From: Bryobacteraceae bacterium | Lineage (GTDB): Bacteria; Acidobacteriota; Terriglobia; Bryobacterales; Bryobacteraceae | Assembly: GCA_963844855.1 (NCBI GenBank) | Contig: CAWJQP010000080.1 | Coordinates: 536,562-600,561 of the forward strand | Length of the DNA: 64,000 nt | Direction of reading: 5' to 3' | Part shown: positions 31,449-41,501 of the stretch, piece by piece | Layout: every line of letters begins with the position of its first letter | How positions within the stretch are numbered: position 1 is the stretch's first letter | Notes under the pieces: generated by a model | Database searches by the model: none | What the model was told of the DNA's origin: nothing | What the model saw: the letters and a program-made list of their open reading frames with translations, nothing else | Made by a program: the position numbers and the translations under genes

Positions 31449-32563
31449 TATCGAATTTTCACCGTAGTTTGCAGCAGGCCATCGAAGCCGTCCATCACGG
31501 TGATCTTATCTACTCGTTCCGCGACCCTTTCCAGAGTCTCCAACTCCTTCAGGCGAACCAATAGCGGGTTGTCCTCCATCAGCTTCGCCGTGTTGAGCAG
31601 TGACCTTGTCGCCGCCGTTTCCTCGCGGCGGCGGATCAGGTTGGCTTGGGCTTGCTTTTCCGCCGTGACCACCTGGTTCAGGATGTCGCGAATATCGCCG
31701 GGAAGAACGATGTCCTTGAGAGCGATTTCGCCCACCCGAACACCATACTCTTCCATCGCCGCGCGAACTTCCGCCGAGACCGATTCATCGATGTCGACCT
31801 TGTCCGCCAGCATTTCTTCGAGCGAGCGCTTACCGAGCGTCTGCCGCACCGCAATCTGCAGCATGCGGTAGAGAAGCTCGTTTACGTCCTTGACGCGCGA
31901 TCGGGCCATGACCGGATCGACGATCTGATAGACGGCCGATAGGTTGACTCGTACAGTCACCTTGTCCCTAGTCAGGATTTCCTGGCCGGGCACTTCGAGC
32001 GTCTGCCAACGCAGATCGAGGACATCGACACGAGCAAAGCCCGCAACATTCCAGAATGCGTACGTACCCGCCGTCAATTCGCGGACGAAGCGTCCATCGA
32101 GGTACAACAGTCCTCGCTTCCCTTCCTCCACGACTGCAACCGTCGCCTGCGAGTCCTTACCGAATCGCAAGATCGCAGGCAACAGCAGCGCAGGCGCCTG
32201 AGAGTTCTCCTGAGCGTTGATGAGATCGTATGTCACCTCGATCGAACCACGCCAGAAGAGCACACGCTTACCAGGGCCGATGATGCGGGCAACCTTGTCG
32301 TCGAAATAAACGACGGCCACTTGGGAGTCTGCTGTCTCGACTACCGTGAAGTAGCGCGACACCAATTCCCAACGTTGCTTCGCCAGGAAGTCTGTCCACT
32401 CACTTGACAGGACGAGATTCTTTACGTCGTGGAGCTCCAGAGTCACACCGAATCCGACAATCCAGTAGTCTCCAGGAGCGAGGATATCCTCGAACCTGCC
32501 TTTGCGAATTAAAAAAACGCGCTCGTTATCGCCAACGAGAACGCGGCGCAACATAAAAATCAC
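31448..32563 (-). CDS. SPFH/band-7 (stomatin/slipin-like) family protein with an N-terminal duplicated domain
   Basis: SPFH core ...QEILTRDKVTVRVNLSAVYQIVDP...LGKRSLEEML...VRVGEIALKDIVLP... The N-terminal ~150 aa resemble a second degenerate SPFH-like segment. No clear N-terminal TM helix. Confidence 0.7.
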   Translation of the reverse strand: MIFMLRRVLVGDNERVFLIRKGRFEDILAPGDYWIVGFGVTLELHDVKNLVLSSEWTDFLAKQRWELVSRYFTVVETADSQVAVVYFDDKVARIIGPGKRVLFWRGSIEVTYDLINAQENSQAPALLLPAILRFGKDSQATVAVVEEGKRGLLYLDGRFVRELTAGTYAFWNVAGFARVDVLDLRWQTLEVPGQEILTRDKVTVRVNLSAVYQIVDPVMARSRVKDVNELLYRMLQIAVRQTLGKRSLEEMLADKVDIDESVSAEVRAAMEEYGVRVGEIALKDIVLPGDIRDILNQVVTAEKQAQANLIRRREETAATRSLLNTAKLMEDNPLLVRLKELETLERVAERVDKITVMDGFDGLLQTTVKIR

Positions 32564-32732
32564 CTCTCTTTTTGCTTCAATTACTTTCGAGTTCGTCAGA
32601 CTAACTCACGATTCCGCCGCGGGCTTTCTTCATAGCGAGCACCGTACCGGCTAGCCGCAGTTTCAAAGAACGCGCAAAGCTGCGAAGGTGAAGATAGCCT
32701 GACTTGCCCGTTTTGCTTGCTGATGTTACCGA

Positions 32733-32807
32733 GGTTTCAGATAGCGGGATTCGAACCCGCAACCCGCAGAATTAGCGTCTGCTGCTCTACCGTTGAGCTA
32801 TATCCAG
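32733..32807 (-). tRNA. tRNA-like gene with canonical D- and T-arms but an aberrant anticodon loop (reads CGCUAAU, i.e. anticodon CUA with G33) and a weak acceptor stem; possibly a tRNA pseudogene
   Basis: Sense strand (reverse complement): CTGGATA-TA-GCTC-AACGGTA-GAGC-A-GCAGA-CGCTAAT-TCTGC-GGGTT-GCGGG-TTCGAAT-CCCGC-TATCTGA-A. Perfect D-stem with GG, perfect T-stem with TTCGAAT loop, 5-bp anticodon stem. The acceptor has 4 WC + 2 GU + a C1xA72 mismatch. Confidence 0.5.
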
Positions 32808-32940
32808 GTGGGAACCGGATCCCAATGCATCGCCGGTACGCCGTACTTCAGGGAAGCGGCGCCAGTGAGGTTTTTCGATCCTCTACTATTGGCAAACATT
32901 GGTCATTCCTCCGGTTTGTCTAGAATAGCCTCACTCCGAC

Positions 32941-34000
32941 GTGGTGGTCAAGAAGTTTTTTCGATTTTTTCACAGCGGTATCATGATTGGCATGCCCGCA
33001 CGCGTATGGTTATTTCTTCTGGCCGGTTCCCTCGCATTTACTCAGGAATCGCAGCGAATTGCGAACATGAAGCAGCTCACATCCGGCGGACAGAATGCGG
33101 AAGCCTACTGGTCCCCCGACGGTAAGCAGCTAGTGTTTCAGTCGACTCGTGACGGAGCCCAGTGCGACCAGATCTACGTCATGGACGCCGATGGCAAGAA
33201 TGTAAAGCGTCTCTCGAACGGGACCGGAGCGACCACGTGCGGCTATTTTCTACCGGACGGGAAGCACGTACTGTACGCGTCGACGCACGAGGGCGGGGCC
33301 GCTTGCCCGCCACGCCCCGATCGATCAAAGGGCTACATGTGGGCCGTGCCCCCTTCCTACGAGATCTACACGGCAAGCTCTCGACGGCAAGATTGTTAAG
33401 AAGTTGACCAATGAGGCCGGCTACGATGCGGAAGCGACCGTCAATTGGCCGCGGAAAAGCATCGTATACACGTCGAAAGCTTCCGGCGATCTTGATTTAT
33501 GGTCAATGAAGATCGATGGAGGCCAAAAGAAGCGCCTGACAACGACACCTGGTTATGATGGCGGCGCATTCTTCTCGCGCGATGGAAAGAAGATGGTGTG
33601 GCGCGCGAACCATCCTGCGGCCGGCGCCGGTCTCGATCGCTATACGGAACTACTCGGCCAGGATTTGACCGCTCCGATGAAGATGGAGCTGTTCGTTGCG
33701 AACTCGGACGGATCGGATTCCAAGCAGATCACGAGCTTCGGGTGCGCCAGCTTTGCCCCTCAGTTCACACCGGATGGAAAACGAATCATCTTCGCTTCGA
33801 ACAAGAACAAATGCGACAGCCGGGAGTTCGAGTTATTCCTGATCGATACCGACGGCAAGAATCTCGAACAGGTGACGTCGTTTGGCGGCTTCACTTCGTT
33901 TCCTGACTTCTCTCCCGATGGCAAAAGCATCGTATTTACTTCGAGCCATGCGGCGAAGTCGCCATACGAGTTCAATATTTTCGTCGCAGACTGGAAATAA
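32941..34000 (+). pseudogene. TolB-like / PD40 WD40-like beta-propeller repeat protein (secreted), frameshift near 33372-33382
   Basis: Repeated xDGKxxxF(x)S.R.G motifs typical of PD40 repeats in both ORFs (32941-33399 and 33404-34000). The junction ...YEIYTA | DLDGKIVKKLT has one extra nt. Confidence 0.65.
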
Positions 34001-34004
34001 GCGA

Positions 34005-35754
34005 TTAACGACGCGCTTCGAGCGTCACCGGCGGCCGTCATCTCCTTACCGTCGCGAATGAACTTGACCGTCACCACGTCGCCGACTTTGCTGTTTCGCA
34101 GAGCATAAGTGAAGTCGTAGAGGTTGTTGATCGGCTTATCGCCAAATCCGATCAGGATATCCCCAGCCTTTAACCCGGCCTTCCCCGCAGGCGATCCTGC
34201 TCGTACATCGGAGAATTTCACGCCCTTCTCGACAGGAGCGAAGTCGGGAATCGAACCGAAGTAGGGTCCGTAACCGCCACCGCCGCCACCTGAGGGTGGC
34301 GCAACGCTATGTGGGCCCCCGCGCGGCTCGACTTTCTGGAACTTCGGCCGAATATCGCTCGCTACGAGATTTGACGCAACATCGTAGATAAGACTGACGA
34401 CCTTGGCCGATGCAGGCCCGTTGATTTTCTCCCAAGTGTCGCTGGGTTTGTGATAGTCGCCATGGAGCCCGGAGAAGAAAAACAGCACCGGCACGGACTT
34501 CGCTGTAAATGAGGTATGATCGCTCGCGCTGAATCCATCTTCGGAATAATCGACCTTGAAATCGTAATTAGCGACCGTCTTCTTCAACATCTCGTCAAAC
34601 GTCGAACCCGTCCCCGTCCCGCCGATGAAAAGCTTGGAGCCGTTGACGCGGCCGATCATATCCATGTTCAACATCGCCGCCGCGTTCTCGAGCGGCAGGG
34701 TTGGATGATTCACCCACTGCGATGAACCAAGCAGACCAATCTCCTCGCCTGCGAAGGCGATAAAAAGGACACCTCGTTTCAGATCGCCTTTCCGGCCGGC
34801 AAATAAGCGGGCTAGTTCGAGCAGGCCCGCCGTTCCCGAAGCGTTGTCATCCGCCCCTGCATGCACCTTCCCAATCTGTGACGGCGCGAGCGAGCTTTCA
34901 TTCCCGAAACCGAGATGGTCGTAGTGAGCGCCGATCACTATGTACTCGTTACTTTGGCCTGGAAGGTAGCCCACGACATTGCGCACATCCGCCTGCTCCC
35001 GTTTGATATCGACGCGCATCGCGAGTTCAAGCGGCTTTCCTGCTTTCAGCTCTTTTATCCATTCATCCGCAATTGCATTCTTCACCTGCGCCATCAGGAT
35101 GCCGACATTCTCCGGTCCGGAAATAGTTCCGAAACGGATCAGTGTGTCCTGCTGATTCGGGTCACCAGTTCCATTCGCCAAAAGGACGGCTTTCGCGCCA
35201 TGATTGCGCGCATTAATCGCCTTCGACACGAGACTGGAGTGGTGCGTATAGATCCGCTCCTTCGCATCTTTGTCCTTTTGAAATTCCTTGGGTTCGTAGC
35301 GAAGCACCAGGACGATCTTGTCTTTCACATCAAGATGGCTGTAGTCGTCATGGTGAAACTCGGGCGCTGTAATGCCGTGACCCGCGAATACGACCGGCGC
35401 CGTCACTTGGCCATTGGAGGAAAAGCTTAAAGGCGTGTAGTCGCTGTCGAGTTTTAGTTTCGCGAGCTGATTGTCGGGGCCAGGTTTCGCTCCAGTAGTG
35501 ACTCGAAAAGTCTGCCAGTAGCTTTTGTTTTCACCGGCAGGCTGCAGTTTCAATTCTTTAAAACGGTCGGCGATGTATTTTGAAGCGCGTTCTATTCCCT
35601 TAGTTCCGGCGCCCCGGCCTTCCATCTCCGGCGCCGCCAGAAACTTAACATCGTCGACATATCGTTGAGCGCTCGCTTGCTCAGCCTTTTGGCCGAAAGA
35701 GCATAGCGAAAGCGAAAACAGGCAGGGTTGCGAGCCAGATAGTAGACTTACGCG
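34005..35754 (-). pseudogene. M28 family peptidase with PA and C-terminal PDZ domains (secreted), two frameshifts (near 35690 and near 34020)
   Basis: M28 blocks HYDHLGFG, DDNASGTAGLLELARLF, FIAFAGEEIGLLGS; PDZ GDILIGFGDKPINN...VVTVKFIRDGKEM. The signal peptide MSVLTRKSTIWLATLPVFAFA is in another frame upstream of ORF start 35625. Removing one G from GCCGGTG at ~34022 gives ...TAAVTLEARR* ending at 34005. The ORF-track extension to 33760 is an artefact. Confidence 0.6.
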
Positions 35755-35810
35755 TCAGAACCGACATTTGTGCTTCTACTATCTTAAAGGCGATGGAACG
35801 CTTCTAACTT

Positions 35811-35972
35811 CTATCCGGCGTGCGCCATTTCATCCGAGCATCCCGGATGAGCGCAGTTGCACATCAGCTCAATCGTTTTTCCCGCATCGTGACAGTAGGT
35901 GCTGCAATACTTTTCGCCATCTTTGACTCTGCAGTTACACGCAGGATGGGCGCATTTGTTGGTATCAGCCAT
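35811..35972 (-). CDS. bacterial metallothionein (SmtA/BmtA family)
   Basis: MADTNKCAHPACNCRVKDGEKYCSTYCHDAGKTIELMCNCAHPGCS shows the Cys/His spacing of SmtA (KCACEPCLCNV...YYCSEACADGH...CGHTGCNC). 9 Cys + 3 His in 53 aa. Confidence 0.75.
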   Translation of the reverse strand: MADTNKCAHPACNCRVKDGEKYCSTYCHDAGKTIELMCNCAHPGCSDEMAHAG

Positions 35973-36074
35973 TTTTATCCTCTCTCTTGCAGTCCATGCA
36001 TCTGCTGCTGACACGTAGACAGCGACTTTGCCGGAAAACGTTTCAGGAGCCTCAATAATCGCTATACTGCCGGA

Positions 36075-37451
36075 ATGAGGCAGTTTAATTTCGTCGCGTG
36101 CTTGGTTGTTTCAACAATGTTTGCAGCGGAAGTCCGTGAACCGGGAGCACCGGCCGGTTGGACTACCGAATCCTCGCGTGACGAGATTCGTCCTAAGTTC
36201 AGTTATGACAGCAAAGGTGGTCGAAGCGGAACAGGCTCCTTCATCATCGAGACCGATACCCGGGATGGACTGGACGGCTACTGGAAAAGGAGCTACCCCG
36301 TAGAAGGAAGCAAACACTACCAATTTCGCGCATATCGCAAGGCCACCGGGGTCGAGTGGCCACAGCAATGCGCGGTCATCACCGTGCAATGGTTTGACCA
36401 AGCAGGCAAACGGGTGCTGGATGACCGAAAACTGGTCGACCGCTACTTGACGAAGTACACGCCAACGACGCCTCTGGAATACCCGGTGGAAGGAGCGACC
36501 GGCAAAGATGGCTGGACGGAGCTAACCGGTCTCTGGCAGGCTCCATCCGGCGCCAAGCAAGTGATTGTCGAACTGCACGGACGCTGGGCCGCGAAGGCGC
36601 GCATGCAATGGAGCGACATCGAGTTCCGCCAGACTGAGGCCCCAGCTCCCCGCACCGTCCGGCTCGCAACCGTGCACTACCGCCCGCAGGCGGGAAAGAC
36701 ACCTGAGGAGAAGCGAACGCAATTCGGCGCCTTCATCGAGCAGGCAGCTCGCCAGAAAGCGGATCTCGTCGTTCTGCCTGAAACCTTAACGTACTTCCAC
36801 GCCGGCGCCAGCCCGGTGGAAGTCGCGGAGCCGATTCCCGGACCATCGACAAACTACTTCGCCGATCTCGCCAAGAAACACAATCTTTATATTGTTGCGG
36901 GATTATTCGAGAAAGATGCGCATAAGGTTTACAACGTGGCTGTGCTTTTGACACCCGAAGGTAAACTCGGCGGCAAGTACCGTAAGGTAACACTGCCGGA
37001 CACCGAGGCTTCGGCTGGAGTCGTTCCCGGACATGAATATCCGATTTTCAAGACGCGCTTTGGCGCTCTCGGAATAATGATCTGCTATGACGGCTTCTTC
37101 CCGGAGGTCGCGCGCGAATTAACCAAACGCGGCGCGGAGGTGATCGCCTGGCCGGTGTGGGGCTGCAATCCCGAGCTTGCCCGCGCGCGAGCTGCCGAGA
37201 ATCACGTCTACCTGGTCAGCAGCACCTATGAGGACGTGTCAAGCAATTGGATGCTGTCGGCAGTTTGGGACCACACCGGGGAAACCATCGCGCTCGCAAA
37301 AGATTTCGGAACCGTCGCCATCGCGGAAGTCGATTTGAATGCCACCACTCGGTGGCGGAGCCTCGGGGACTTCCGTTCGAAGATCCAGCATCATGTGCCC
37401 ATGGCGCCTGCCGCGCGCAGCTGGGAGCCTTCGACGGCGTTACAACCTTAA
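36075..37451 (+). CDS. carbon-nitrogen hydrolase (nitrilase superfamily) with a ~190-aa N-terminal secreted extension
   Basis: C-terminal ~270 aa: catalytic E (VVLPETL), K (YRKV) and C (MICYDGFFPE). N-terminal region with signal peptide and a beta-rich domain of unknown function. Confidence 0.75.
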   Translation: MRQFNFVACLVVSTMFAAEVREPGAPAGWTTESSRDEIRPKFSYDSKGGRSGTGSFIIETDTRDGLDGYWKRSYPVEGSKHYQFRAYRKATGVEWPQQCAVITVQWFDQAGKRVLDDRKLVDRYLTKYTPTTPLEYPVEGATGKDGWTELTGLWQAPSGAKQVIVELHGRWAAKARMQWSDIEFRQTEAPAPRTVRLATVHYRPQAGKTPEEKRTQFGAFIEQAARQKADLVVLPETLTYFHAGASPVEVAEPIPGPSTNYFADLAKKHNLYIVAGLFEKDAHKVYNVAVLLTPEGKLGGKYRKVTLPDTEASAGVVPGHEYPIFKTRFGALGIMICYDGFFPEVARELTKRGAEVIAWPVWGCNPELARARAAENHVYLVSSTYEDVSSNWMLSAVWDHTGETIALAKDFGTVAIAEVDLNATTRWRSLGDFRSKIQHHVPMAPAARSWEPSTALQP

Positions 37452-38495
37452 GATCGCGCCAGAGCGGCCTGTTGAATACCGCAAGACTCGCGCACAATCA
37501 GGTCACCGGGCACGTGGATAATGCCACACTCTCCCCCGGTGTCGATCGCCTTCAGCAAGTTAATCGCGGCGATTTCGCCGATGACCCCGGAACATTGGTC
37601 AATCGTCGTCAGAGGAGAAAGCATTACGTCGGAGAACCGGATGTTGCCGACACCTACCAGAGCAATGTCGTCCGGGATTTTCAGCCCGCGAGCGACGATA
37701 ACTCTCATGCAGGCCGCTGCGACAGCATCGTTATAGCAGAACAATCCCGTCCGGAGGTTCCGCCAGATCCAGGAGCCCGCGCATTGCATCTTCGGCAACC
37801 GAATCCGTTTCGGCGCCACCGCGAATGTATTCTTCCCGGACAGCTAATCCCGCCGCCTGCAACGCCTGTCGATATCCATCAACACGCAACCACGTGCTGG
37901 AGTTTGGCGGACCGTAAATATGAGCGATCTTCCGTCGTCCCGCTTCAATTAAATGTCGGGTCGCTCGTATTCCTGTCGTTATATTATCGGTGCCAACCCA
38001 GGAATTAATTGGAGGATCAATATTGCGCGCGATTAGAATCAACGGCACGCGCAATTCCCGCGCTCTGGCGAAAACCCCATATCGATCATCGGACTGGCAT
38101 GTGGATATGAGTAAACCCTCAGCTTGTCGGGAGAGCAGCACGTCGATCTGTTTGGCTTCCTGCTCCGGATCCTCATCGGAACAGGTAATGATTGGCTGAA
38201 AATCGCGCGTGTCCAGAACCGCGCTCGCTGCTGTCAGGACATCGCCATAAAAAGAATGCTGAAAAGTCGGGACGACGACGCCGATTAGTTTCGTGCTGCG
38301 GGAACTGAGCGACCGCGCAGTGAGGTTGACGCGATAGTTCATCTCCCGAGCTTTGTCGGCGACCCGCCGACGGGTTTCAGCGCTTATATCAAGGGCCCCC
38401 CTTAGCGCTTTCGAGACTGCGGCGGGAGTAATTCCTAATTCGCGCGCAATATCGGCCAATGTTGTAGGGCGTCGGGGGTCCACTGCGGAACTCAT
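37448..38495 (-). pseudogene. LacI family transcriptional regulator, frameshift near 37740-37800
   Basis: N-terminal HTH TLADIARELGITPAAVSKAL plus a PBP1 sugar-binding domain (37731-38495). The C-terminal part CYNDAVAAACMRVIVARGLKIPDDIALVGVGNI...LTTIDQ is in another frame (37448-37819). Confidence 0.7.
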
Positions 38496-39032
38496 GATGA
38501 CAGAATTCCAAAGATGTGTCCAGAAACGCTCAGGAATCGATAATTAGAATTGAGTTGAGATTTGACTAAGCCGCACGGGGAATGCTTGGGGCGGGCTACC
38601 ATTCCTCGTGCGGCTCCTGCCCTTCACTGCAGGGCAACAGATCCCCGGCATCGGCTCGCTCGGTTACACGCCAAGCAGGACCCGCGTCCTGTTTTCGCCT
38701 GCTGAGGCCGCGACCAATCGGATACGGAAACTCGAGGATCTCGTGGATCGAAGATTCTTTTATGGACAAAAAAGTTCCCTCTGGTCCACTATGTAACCGA
38801 CGAATGAGCGGCATGAAACCTAAACTACCGGCTCCCGCAAGCACGCTAATTAATTGCCCACTCGCTTCTACGATTACCTAATGCACCAGAGGGTCAGGCT
38901 AAAGGTACTCCATCAATTCGATTTCTATATTAGCAATCCCGACTCCAGCGTCCAAATTTATCTAAGTCATTCAAAATAATCGCAATCACACGCGGATAGG
39001 AAGCCCCTCACGGGTCGAAGCGGCGCCACGGG

Positions 39033-39049
39033 TGTGTCGCTGTGACACA
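39033..39049. promoter_or_regulatory. 17-bp palindrome TGTGTC-GCTGT-GACACA 13 bp upstream of the likely start of the downstream gene; candidate operator
   Basis: Perfect 6-bp inverted arms around a 5-bp spacer, in a 535-bp intergenic region that also contains an AT-rich promoter-like stretch (38900-38990). A LacI-family regulator is encoded divergently. Confidence 0.35.
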
Positions 39050-39061
39050 CTGTTCCTTGAG

Positions 39062-40342
39062 ATGCGCTTAGCGCTCGCCCTTTTCCTGGCGGTCACCGCC
39101 ATCGGCCAGCAAGTGGAAGAAGACTTCCACGTCTACACAGATCACCCGCGTCTGTTGCTGAATGCGCAACGGCTTCGGCTGCTAAAGCGTGAGCGCGAAC
39201 GTCAATCCCCGCGCTGGCAGCAGTTTGAAGCTCTTATTGTCGGTAAAGCGCCAATGCCGGAGCCGGCACTAGCCTACGGATTACATCATCAGGTTACCGG
39301 AGATGAAGGATCCGCCAAGACCGCAGCCGCAGGAGCCCGTGACCTGCGTAGCTTGGCTCTCGCGTATGACTGGGCGCCTGCGCACCGGGAGCAACTGGAG
39401 CCGCGCCTCCGAGCGGCAATTGCAGCAACGCCAGCCACCATTGAGGGCATGCGCTCGCGGGCATTCGCAGCGATCGTATTGGAAGATCACGCTACTCTCG
39501 AACGCATCGTGAAAGATTGGTGGCGAAAACAGATCGCGCCCGGGCTCACGTCGGGCCAACGAGTCATTGCCCACGCAGAAGTGTATCCACTCATGGAACT
39601 GCTTCACGCGATCCGCGACAACATCAACATCGATCTTCGTGAGGATGCGCGGCCGTACTTCAAGGATTTCGCAGCAAGCCGTATTCTCAGCTACTATCCG
39701 CCAACTTTTCCTGCTCCGGAGAACGACTTTCGTATTCCGTTCGGCCCCCCGGACTTGAAGACGGCCGCCATGACGAGGGCCGCCGAAATGAGCTTGGTGG
39801 CATATGACAACAATTCCACCGAGACGCAGTTCGTGCAAGGTTGGCTCATGCACGACAGATTCTCCCTCAGGGGTGTACTGGGCGCGCCGTACGAATTTCT
39901 CTGGGCGAATCCCTACCAACCGGGCCTGAGCTACGCCCATCTTCCGCTTCGCTTCCATGATGTCCGCGGGGGCCGTTTGTTTCTGCGTTCTTCCTGGGAC
40001 GAGGATGCCATCTGGGTTGGATACGTGGATGGAAAGGCCGAAGTGCTGCGGGATGGCAAACCTCAGCCGTTTCAGGTAAACAAGCCAATTGTCGTAGGAG
40101 ATACGATGCTAGCTCCAGCGGCGTCTCCGATGCGCCTCCAAATCCAGGCTGATCAACCGGCATTTTGGTTTCTTTTGGGATGGAAACCGGGATCGGTCGT
40201 GGATATCGAAGTCGATGATGAAGAGTTGGATGAGAAAGTCGCAGATCGTGGCGGTATTCTCCCGTTGCAGTTCTTGCGAGAAGAGAACATTTCCGTTCGC
40301 TTACGTTTGCATGGGCCTGCGCCTGGGGCTACGCTGAAATAA
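39062..40342 (+). CDS. secreted hypothetical protein (~427 aa)
   Basis: Signal peptide MRLALALFLAVTAIGQQ. No confident family assignment from sequence. Stop/start 4 bp from the downstream dehydrogenase. The ORF track starts at GTG 39032, inside the palindrome. Confidence 0.55.
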   Translation: MRLALALFLAVTAIGQQVEEDFHVYTDHPRLLLNAQRLRLLKRERERQSPRWQQFEALIVGKAPMPEPALAYGLHHQVTGDEGSAKTAAAGARDLRSLALAYDWAPAHREQLEPRLRAAIAATPATIEGMRSRAFAAIVLEDHATLERIVKDWWRKQIAPGLTSGQRVIAHAEVYPLMELLHAIRDNINIDLREDARPYFKDFAASRILSYYPPTFPAPENDFRIPFGPPDLKTAAMTRAAEMSLVAYDNNSTETQFVQGWLMHDRFSLRGVLGAPYEFLWANPYQPGLSYAHLPLRFHDVRGGRLFLRSSWDEDAIWVGYVDGKAEVLRDGKPQPFQVNKPIVVGDTMLAPAASPMRLQIQADQPAFWFLLGWKPGSVVDIEVDDEELDEKVADRGGILPLQFLREENISVRLRLHGPAPGATLK

Positions 40343-40345
40343 CTT

Positions 40346-41299
40346 ATGAAAATTGTCGTTCTCGATGGGTACGCTCTGAATCCCGGTGATTTGAGTTGGG
40401 ACGCGTTGAAGGCAATCGGGTCGGTCGAGGTGCACGATCGCACGAAAGAGAGTGACGTCGTCACGCGCGCGCAAGGCGCCGATGCCGTTCTCACGAACAA
40501 GACACCACTGTCTGCGACAACACTGAGTCAGTTACCGGCCCTCAAGTACATCGGCGTGTTGGCGACGGGCTACAACATCGTGGACACGAAGGCGGCCGCG
40601 GAACGCGGAATCGTGGTGACCAACATTCCAACTTATGGCACCGCATCGGTTGCTCAGTTTGCGATCGCGTTGTTGTTGGAACTTTGCCATCATGTGGGCC
40701 TCCATAGCGAGGCGGTTCGCAATGGAGAATGGTCCCGCAACCCCGACTGGAGTTTTTGGAAGACTCCTCTCATCGAACTGCATGGAAGAACGATGGGCAT
40801 AATCGGATTCGGGCGTATCGGCAGGCAGACAGGAGCGATCGCCGCAGCTCTCGGCATGCGAGTGATAGCGCATGACGCCGCCGAGATCAACCCGCCCGAT
40901 TACCCCGGTTTCGAGTGGATGACGCTCGATAAAATCGTGAGCGAATCTGACGTTCTGAGCTTGCATTGCCCTTTGTTTGCCGACAACAAAGGCATGATTC
41001 ATAAGGAACGGCTCAGCCGTATGAAGCCGTCGGCGTTTTTGCTGAACACCTCGCGCGGGCCTCTCATCGTCGACCAGGATCTCGCGGACGCTCTCAACAA
41101 CGGGGTCATCGCAGGCGCCGGGCTGGACGTCCTATCCGTGGAACCACCACTCGAATCAAACCCTTTGCTTTCAGCCAAAAACTGCATTGTTACACCGCAT
41201 ATCGCCTGGGCCACACGGGAGGCCCGCTCAAGACTGCTGGAAACCGCGATCCTGAATCTCGAAGCGTTTGTGAGCGGGCGCATTTCTAACGCCGTTTAG
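40346..41299 (+). CDS. D-isomer-specific 2-hydroxyacid dehydrogenase (glycerate dehydrogenase / hydroxypyruvate reductase-like)
   Basis: NAD-binding GIIGFGRIGRQTGAIAAALGMRVIAHD; catalytic R/E/H triad region ...NTSRGPLIVDQDLADAL...ITPHIAWAT. Confidence 0.85.
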   Translation: MKIVVLDGYALNPGDLSWDALKAIGSVEVHDRTKESDVVTRAQGADAVLTNKTPLSATTLSQLPALKYIGVLATGYNIVDTKAAAERGIVVTNIPTYGTASVAQFAIALLLELCHHVGLHSEAVRNGEWSRNPDWSFWKTPLIELHGRTMGIIGFGRIGRQTGAIAAALGMRVIAHDAAEINPPDYPGFEWMTLDKIVSESDVLSLHCPLFADNKGMIHKERLSRMKPSAFLLNTSRGPLIVDQDLADALNNGVIAGAGLDVLSVEPPLESNPLLSAKNCIVTPHIAWATREARSRLLETAILNLEAFVSGRISNAV

Positions 41300-41501
41300 C
41301 GGTAACTGTGAAACTGATATAGATAAGTGAACGTCGATCCTACAGCGAAGGTTTCGCCGTGAAACCGTCCGTCAGTTCCTGACGAAAGGACAATAGTGTG
41401 CCGGCGGTGGCGTACGATGGGGGTTCAACTACACGTTTCGATAACTGGACCTGGGAGAACATAATTCTCGCGCCAGCTTCTGACGATCAGGTATTGAGGT
41501 A

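Noticed and set aside
33760-34004. C-terminal 80-aa extension of the M28-PDZ ORF overlapping the convergent TolB-like gene
   Set aside because: The extension has no peptidase/PDZ similarity. A single extra G at ~34022 removes the natural stop (…TAAVTLEARR*), so it is treated as an artefact of an indel.
39281-39958. 225-aa minus-strand ORF
   Set aside because: Antisense to the 39062-40342 secreted protein; Arg/Gly-rich composition typical of GC-rich antisense frames.
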